Below, piece by piece: positions 56,921 through 64,000 of a stretch of 64,000 nucleotides of DNA. The translations under genes were made by a program, and so were the position numbers. Numbering within the stretch: the stretch's first letter is position 1; every line of letters starts with the position of its first letter. The notes under the pieces were generated by a model. It had not been told where the DNA came from. It did not search any database and saw nothing but the letters and a program-made list of their open reading frames with translations. This DNA comes from the human T2T-CHM13v2.0 reference genome, Homo sapiens. The stretch lies in the NCBI RefSeq assembly GCF_009914755.1, contig NC_060948.1, one strand, 5' to 3'.

Positions 56921-59900
56921 GGCCTGGAATAAAGTGGAATGCTACGGTCTCGAATGGAATAAAAATGTATGGAATGGAATGCAATGAAACGGAATCGAAT
57001 GTCATAGAATGTAATGGAATGCAAAAAAATGGAATCCAAAATCATTGACTGGAAAGGCTGGGTGTCGAAAGGAATTGACTCCAATGGAATGGAATCGAAT
57101 GGAATGGAAGTGAATAGAATCGAACTAAATCGAATGGAATGGAATTGATAGGAACGGAATGGAAAGGAATGCAATGATTTGGCATGGAATGGAATCGAAT
57201 GGCATCGAATGGAAAGGAATGGAATGCAATGGAATGGAATGTATTAGAATGTAATGAACTTTAATGGAATGTACTCGAATGGATTCGACTGGAATGGAAT
57301 GTTCTGGAAGTGAATGGACTCCAATGGAATGGATTCAAAAGGAATGGAATCGTACGGAATGGAATTAAATGGAAATTTATCAAATTGAATAGCACGGAAT
57401 TGAATTGAATGGAATGGAATGCAATGGAATCTAATGAAACGGAAAGGAAAGGAATGGAATGGAATGGAATGGGCTGGAATGGAAAGGAATCGAAACGAAT
57501 GGAATGGAATCGAACTGAAGAGACTGGAATGGAATGCACTGGAATGGAAGGGAGTGTAATGGAAGGTTCTCGAAAAAAATGGAATCGAATGGAATGGAAT
57601 TGAATGGAACGGAATAGAGTCGAATGGAATTGAATGGAATGGAATGGACTAGAGTGAAATGGAATCGAACCACAAGGAATGGACAGGAATAGAATGGTCT
57701 CGAATTGAATGGAATCGTATGGAATGGCATCAAACGGAATGGAATGGACAGCCACGGAATGGAATGCACTCGAATGCAATGGAGTCGAAACTAATGGACT
57801 GGAATAGAATGGACTCGACTGGTACGGACTCCAATGGAATGGAATCGAATGGAAGGGAATCGAACGGAATGGACTCGAAGGGAAAAGACTGCAATGGAAA
57901 GGTCTCGAATGGAATGGAAATTAATGGAATGGAATGGAATCGAATGAAATGGAGTCAAAAGGAATGGAATCGAATGGCAAGAAATCGAATGTAATGGAAT
58001 CGCAAGGAATTGATGTGAACGGAACGGAATGGAATGGAATCCAAAGGAATGGAATAGAATGGAATGGAATCGAATGGAAAGGACTCGAATGGAAATCACT
58101 CGAATAGAATGCAATTTAATAAAATAGGATCAAATGTAATGGAATGGAATGGAAAGGAATCGAAACGAAAGGAATGGAGACAGATGGAATGGAATGGAAC
58201 AGAGAGCAATGGTATAGAATGGAATGGAATCATCTGGAATGGAATTGAATGGAATGGAATAATATGAAATGGAATGGAATGGAATGGAATGGAATGCCCT
58301 TGAATTAAATGGACTGGAATGGAATGGACTCGAACAGAGTGGAATGGAAAGTGTTGAGATAGAATGGAATGGACTCCTTTGGAATGGTCTAGTATGCAAT
58401 GCAATCGACTGGCAGGGAATCAAAAGGAATGTAATCGAATGGATTGGACTGGAATGCAATGGACTCGAATAGATTGGAAACGGAATGCAAAGGAATGGAG
58501 TGGAATAGTATGGAATGGAATGGAAAGGAATGGAGTGGAATAGACTAGAGTGGAATGGAATGGACTGGAAAGCAATGGACTGGAATGGAACTTTCTTGAA
58601 TGGACTGGAATCAAACGGAATGGAATGCAATGCAATCAAATGGCATGGAATAAAATAGAATGAAAGAGAATCAAATGGAATTGAATCGAATGGAATCGAA
58701 TGGATTGGAAAGGAATAGAATGGAATGGAATGGAATTGACTCAAATGGAATGGACTAGAATGGAATGGATTCGAATGGAAGGCAAAGGAATGGAATCTTG
58801 GAATGGACTGTAATGGAATGGAATGGAAGGGATTGGAATGGACTCGAATGGAATGGACTGCAATAGAAAGGATTCGAATGGAATGAAAAAGAATTGAATG
58901 GAATAGAACAGAATGGAATCAAATCGAATGAAATGGAATGGAATAGAAAGGAATGGAATGAAATGGAATGGAAAGGATTCGAATGGAATGCAATCGAATG
59001 GAATGGAATCGAACGGAATGGAATAAAATGGAAGAAAACTGGCAAGAAATGGAATCGAAATGAATGGAGTGTTATGGAACGGACTCAAAAGGAATTGAAT
59101 GTAATAGAATGGAGTGGAGTGGACTCGAATATAATGGACTGGAATGGAATGAAATCACATGGAATGGGAACGAATGGAATGGAATGGAAAGGAATGGAAT
59201 CGAATGGAAAGGAATCGAATGGAAGGGAATGAAATTGAATCAACAGGAATGGAAGGGAATAGAATAGACGGTAATGGAATGGACTCGAATAGAATGGACA
59301 CGAATGCTCAAATTGAATGGACTCGAATGGAATGGAAACGAAAGGAATGTCATCGAATGGAATTGAATCGATTGGAATGAAATCGCATAGAATGGAGTGG
59401 AATCAAATGGAATTGAATCGAAAGGAAAGGAAGCGAATGGACTGAAATGAAATGGAATGGAATTGAATGGAAAGTAATGCAATGGAATAGAATGGAACGA
59501 AATTTCACGGAATGGAATCAAACTGAATGGAATCAAATCAATGGAATCAAATCAAATGGAATGGAAAGGAATTGAATGGAGTAGATTGGATTGGATGGGA
59601 TTGGAATGAAATGTACTGGAAAGGACTCGAATTTCATGAAACGGAATGGAATGAATTGGAACGGAATGGACTCGAATGGAATGGAATGTCATGGAATGGC
59701 ATCAAATGGAATGGAATCGAATGCAATGGAATGCTATGGAATGGAATGGAATGCATTGGAATGGAATGTCCTCTAATGGAATGGATTCGAGTGGAATGGA
59801 ATCGAATATAATGGAGTCGAATGAAATGGAATTGAAAGGAATGGGATCGAATACAATGGAATATACTGCAATGTAATGTAATGAACTCGAATGTAATTGA

Positions 59901-60452
59901 CTGGAATGGAATGTACATGAATGGAATGTAATCGAATGGAAAGTAATCCAATGGAATAGAATCTAATGCAATAAAATCGACTCAGATAGAGTAGAATGTA
60001 ATGGAATGGAGTGCAGTGCAATGGAATGGAATGGAATGGAATGCAATGGAATGGAATGGAATGGAATGGAATGGAATGGAATGGAATGGAATGGAATGGA
60101 ATGGGATGGAATGGGATGGAATGGATAGTAATGGACTGGAGTGAAATGGACTGGAAAGGAATGGACTCAAATTGAAAGGGCTCGAAAGGAATGGAGTCAA
60201 ATGGAATGGTCTGGAATGGAATGAACACGAATGTAATGCAATCCAATAGAATGGAATCGAATGGCATGGAATATAAAGAAATGGAATCGAAGAGAATGGA
60301 AACAAATGGAATGGAATTGAATGGAATGGGAACGAATGGAGTGAAATTGTATGCAGTAGAAGAGAATAGAATGGAATGCAAGCGAAAGGAAAGGAATGGA
60401 TTGGAATGGAATGGAATTCATTGGAATGGAAGGGAATGTAGTGTAATGGACA
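56921..60452 (+). repeat. Monomer U16 (3532 bp)
   Basis: GGCC at 56921 to GGCC at 60453. Confidence 0.92.
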
Positions 60453-63400
60453 GGCCTGGAATAATGTGGAATGCTACGGTCTCGAATGGAATAAAAATGT
60501 ATGGAATGGAATGCAATGAAACGGAATCGAATGTCATAGAATGTAATGGAATGCAAAAAAATGGAATCCAAAATCATTGACTGGAAAGGCTGGGTGTCGA
60601 AAGGAATTGACTCCAATGGAATGGAATCGAATGGAATGGAAGTGAATAGAATCGAACTAAATCGAATGGAATGGAATTGATAGGAACGGAATGGAAAGGA
60701 ATGCAATGATTTGGCATGGAATGGAATCGAATGGCATCGAATGGAATGGAATGGAATGCAATGGAATGGAATGTATTAGAATGTAATGAACTTTAATGGA
60801 ATGTACTCGAATGGATTCGACTGGAATGGAATGTTCTGGAAGTGAATGGACTCCAATGGAATGGATTCAAAAGGAATGGAATCGTACGGAATGGAATCTA
60901 ATGGAATGGAATTAAATGGAAATGAATCAAGTTGAATAGCACGGAATTGAATTGAATGGAATTGAATGCAATGGAATCTAATGAAACGGAAAGGAAAGGA
61001 ATGGAATGGAATGGAATGGACTGGAATGGAAAGGAATCGAAACGAATGGAATGGAATCGAAGTGAAGAGACTGGAATGGAATGCACTGGAATGGAAGGGA
61101 GTGTAATGGAAGGTTCTCGAAAAAAATGGAATCGAATGGAATGGAATTGAATGGAACGGAATAGAGTCGAATGGAATTGAATGGAATGGAATGGACTAGA
61201 GTGAAATGGAATCGAACCACAAGAAATGGACAGGAATAGAATGGTCTCGAATTGAATGGAATCGTATGGAATGGCATCAAACGGAATGGAATGGACAGCC
61301 ACGGAATGGAATGCACTCGAATGCAATGGAGTCGAAACTAATGGACTGGAATAGAATGGACTCGACTGGTACGGACTCCAATGGAATGGAATCGAATGGA
61401 AGGGAATCAAACGGAATGGACTCGAAGGGAAAAGACTGCAATGGAAAGGTCTCGAATGGAATGGAAATTAATGGAATGGAATGGAATCGAATGAAATGGA
61501 GTCAAAAGGAATGGAATCGAATGGCAAGAAATCGAATGTAATGGAATCGCAAGGAATTGATGTGAACGGAAGGGAATGGAATGGAATCCAAAGGAATGGA
61601 ATAGAATGGAATGGAATCGAATGGAAAGGACTCGAATGGAAATCACTCGAATAGAATGCAATTTAATAAAATAGGATCAAATGTAATGGAATGGAATGGA
61701 AAGCAATCGAAACGAAAGGAATGGAGACAGATGGAATGGAATAGAACAGAGAGCAATGGTATAGAATGGAATGGAATCATCTGGAATGGAATTGAATGGA
61801 ATGGAATAATATGAAATGGAATGGAATGGAATGGAATGGAATGCCCTTGAATTAAATGGACTGGAATGGAATGGACTCGAACAGAGTGGAATGGAAAGTG
61901 TTGAGATAGAATGGAATGGACTCCTTTGGAATGGTGTAGTATGCAATGCAATCGACTGGCAGGGAATCAAAAGGAATGTAATCGAATGGATTGGACTGGA
62001 ATGCAATGGACTCGAATAGATTGCAAACGGAATGCAAAGGAATGGAATGGAATAGTATGGAATGGAATGGAAAGGAATGGAGTGGAATAGACTAGAGTGG
62101 AATGGAACGGACTGGAAAGCAATGGACTGGAATGGAACTTTCTTGAATGGACTGGAATCAAACGGAATGGAATGCAATGCAATCAAATGGCATGGAATAA
62201 AATAGAATGAAAGAGAATCAAATGGAATTGAATCGAATGGAATCGAATGGATTGGAAAGAATAGAATGGAATGGAATGGAATGGACTAGAATGGAATGGA
62301 TTCGAATGGAAGGCAAAGGAATGGAATCTATTGGAATGGACTGTAATGGAATGGAATGGAAGGGATTGGAATGGACTCGAATGGAATGGACTGCAATAGA
62401 AAGGATTCGAATGGAATGAAAAAGAATTGAATGGAATAGAAGAGAATGGAATCAAATCGAATGAAATGGATTGGAATAGAAAGGAATGGAATGAAATGGA
62501 ATGGAAAGGATTCGAATCGAATGCAATCGAATGGAATGGAATCGAACGGAATGGAATAAAATGGAAGAAAACTGGCAAGAAATGGAATCGAAATGAATGG
62601 AGTGTTATGGAACGGACTCAAAAGGAATTGAATGTAATAGAATGGAGTGGAGTGGACTCGAATATAATGGACTGGAAGAATGGAATGAAATCACATGGAA
62701 TGGGAACGAATGGAATGGAATGGAAAGGAATGGAATCGAATGGAAAGGAATCGAACGGAAGGGAATGAAATTGAATCAACAGCAATGGAAGGGAATAGAA
62801 TAGACGGTAATGGAATGGACTCGAATAGAATGGACACGAATGCTCAAATTGAATGGACTCGAATGGAATGGAAACGAAAGGAATGTCATCGAATGGAATT
62901 GAATCGATTGGAATGTAATCGCATAGAATGGAGTGGAATCAAATGGAATTGAATCGAAAGGAAAGGAAGCGAATGGACTGAAATGAAATGGAATGGAATT
63001 GAATGGAAAGTAATGCAATGGAATAGAATGGAACGAAATTTCACGGAATGGAATCAAACTGAATGGAATCAAATCAATGGAATCCAATCAAATGGAATGG
63101 AGTAGATTGGATTGGATGGGATTGGAATGAAATGTACTGGAAAGGACTCGAATTTCATGAAACGGAATGGAATGAATTGGAACGGAATGGACTCGAATGG
63201 AATGGAATGTCATAGAATGGCATCAAATGGAATGGCATCAAATGGAATGGAATCGAATGCAATGGAATGCTATGGAATGGAATGGAATGCATTGGAATGG
63301 AATGTCCTCTAATGAAATGGATTCGAGTGGAATGGAATCGAATATAATGGAGTCGAATGAAATGGAATTGAAAGGAATGGGATCGAATACAATGGAATAT

Positions 63401-63978
63401 ACTGGAATGTAATTTAATGAACTCGAATGTAATTGACTGGAATGGAATGTACATGAATGGAATGTAATCGAATGGAAAGTAATCCAATGGAATAGAATCT
63501 AATGCAATAAAACCGACTCAGATAGAGTAGAATGTAATGGAATGGAGTGCAGTGCAATGGAATGGAATGGAATGGAATGCAATGGAATGGAATGGAATGG
63601 AATGGAATGGAATGGGATGGAATGGTATGGAATGGATAGTAATGGACTGGAGTGAAATGGACTGGAAAGGAATGGACTCAAATTGAAAGGGCTCGAAAGG
63701 AATGGAGTCAAATGGAATGGTCTGGAATGGAATGAACACGAATGTAATGCAATCCAATAGAATGGAAGCGAATGGCATGGAATATAAAGAAATGGAATCG
63801 AAGAGAATGGAAACAAATGGAATGGAATTGAATGGAATGGAATTGAATGGAATGGGAACGAATGGAGTGAAATTGTATGCAGTAGAAGGCAATAGAATGG
63901 AATGCAACCGAAAGGAAAGGAATGGATTGGAATGGAATGGAATTCATTGGAATGGAAGGGAATGTAGTGTAATGGACA
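60453..63978 (+). repeat. Monomer U17 (3526 bp, most diverged)
   Basis: GGCC at 60453 to GGCC at 63979; many private substitutions and indels. Confidence 0.92.
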
Positions 63979-64000
63979 GGCCTGGAATAAAGTGGAATGC

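Larger units (their letters stand above)
1..64000 (+). repeat. DYZ1: Human Satellite III (HSat3) tandem array, DYZ1-type (Yq12), about 18 copies of a ~3.55 kb monomer, GGAAT strand on +
   Basis: Degenerate GGAAT pentamer throughout. Unique landmarks (ggacaggcctgg, gctgggtgtc, gacagccacg, gcccttgaatt, gtcctctaat) recur every 3526-3594 bp with one GGCC per unit. Unit size and composition match the known DYZ1 ~3.56 kb HaeIII repeat (recognition, not aligned). Confidence 0.95.

Noticed and set aside
274-63947. Hundreds of ORFs (MEWNG-rich on +, FHSIP-rich on -), up to 318 aa
   Set aside because: They are the translation of a 5-bp repeat with no stop codons in its pure form. They overlap in all frames, are frameshifted freely between copies by 1-, 2-, 5- and 10-bp indels, and show no domain content.
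1-64000. CRISPR-like or novel repeat-spacer system
   Set aside because: There is no constant repeat with unique spacers and no associated genes; the degenerate segments recur almost identically in every monomer.
1-64000. Inversions, DYZ2/Alu/L1 insertions, telomeric or G-quadruplex tracts
   Set aside because: No CATTC-oriented block or non-satellite insert was seen, unit lengths are fully accounted for by small indels, and GGG runs are too sparse for canonical G4.

Overview
The whole 64 kb is one uninterrupted, single-orientation human Satellite III array: a degenerate (GGAAT)n pentamer built into a ~3.55 kb monomer. This matches DYZ1, the Yq12 heterochromatin repeat, which carries about one HaeIII site per ~3.5-3.6 kb unit; the identification is from recognition, not a database search. 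There are about 18 near-identical monomers, numbered U0-U17 from the AGGCCT/HaeIII anchor, with full monomers of 3526-3594 bp. I see no credible protein-coding gene, RNA gene, transposon, DYZ2/Alu block or inversion, and all listed ORFs are translations of the pentamer. The informative signal is internal structure: (i) three perfect heat-shock elements per monomer; (ii) a 7162-bp A/B dimeric higher-order repeat at ~31.6-52.6 kb with a readable duplication order; (iii) a recombinant monomer whose breakpoint maps to ~50 bp; (iv) two further local tandem duplications; (v) length variation fully explained by two slippage tracts, recurrent 15-bp indels and a few 1-3 bp indels; (vi) a lost HaeIII site; (vii) a more diverged last monomer. 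I found no evidence for a novel gene system.
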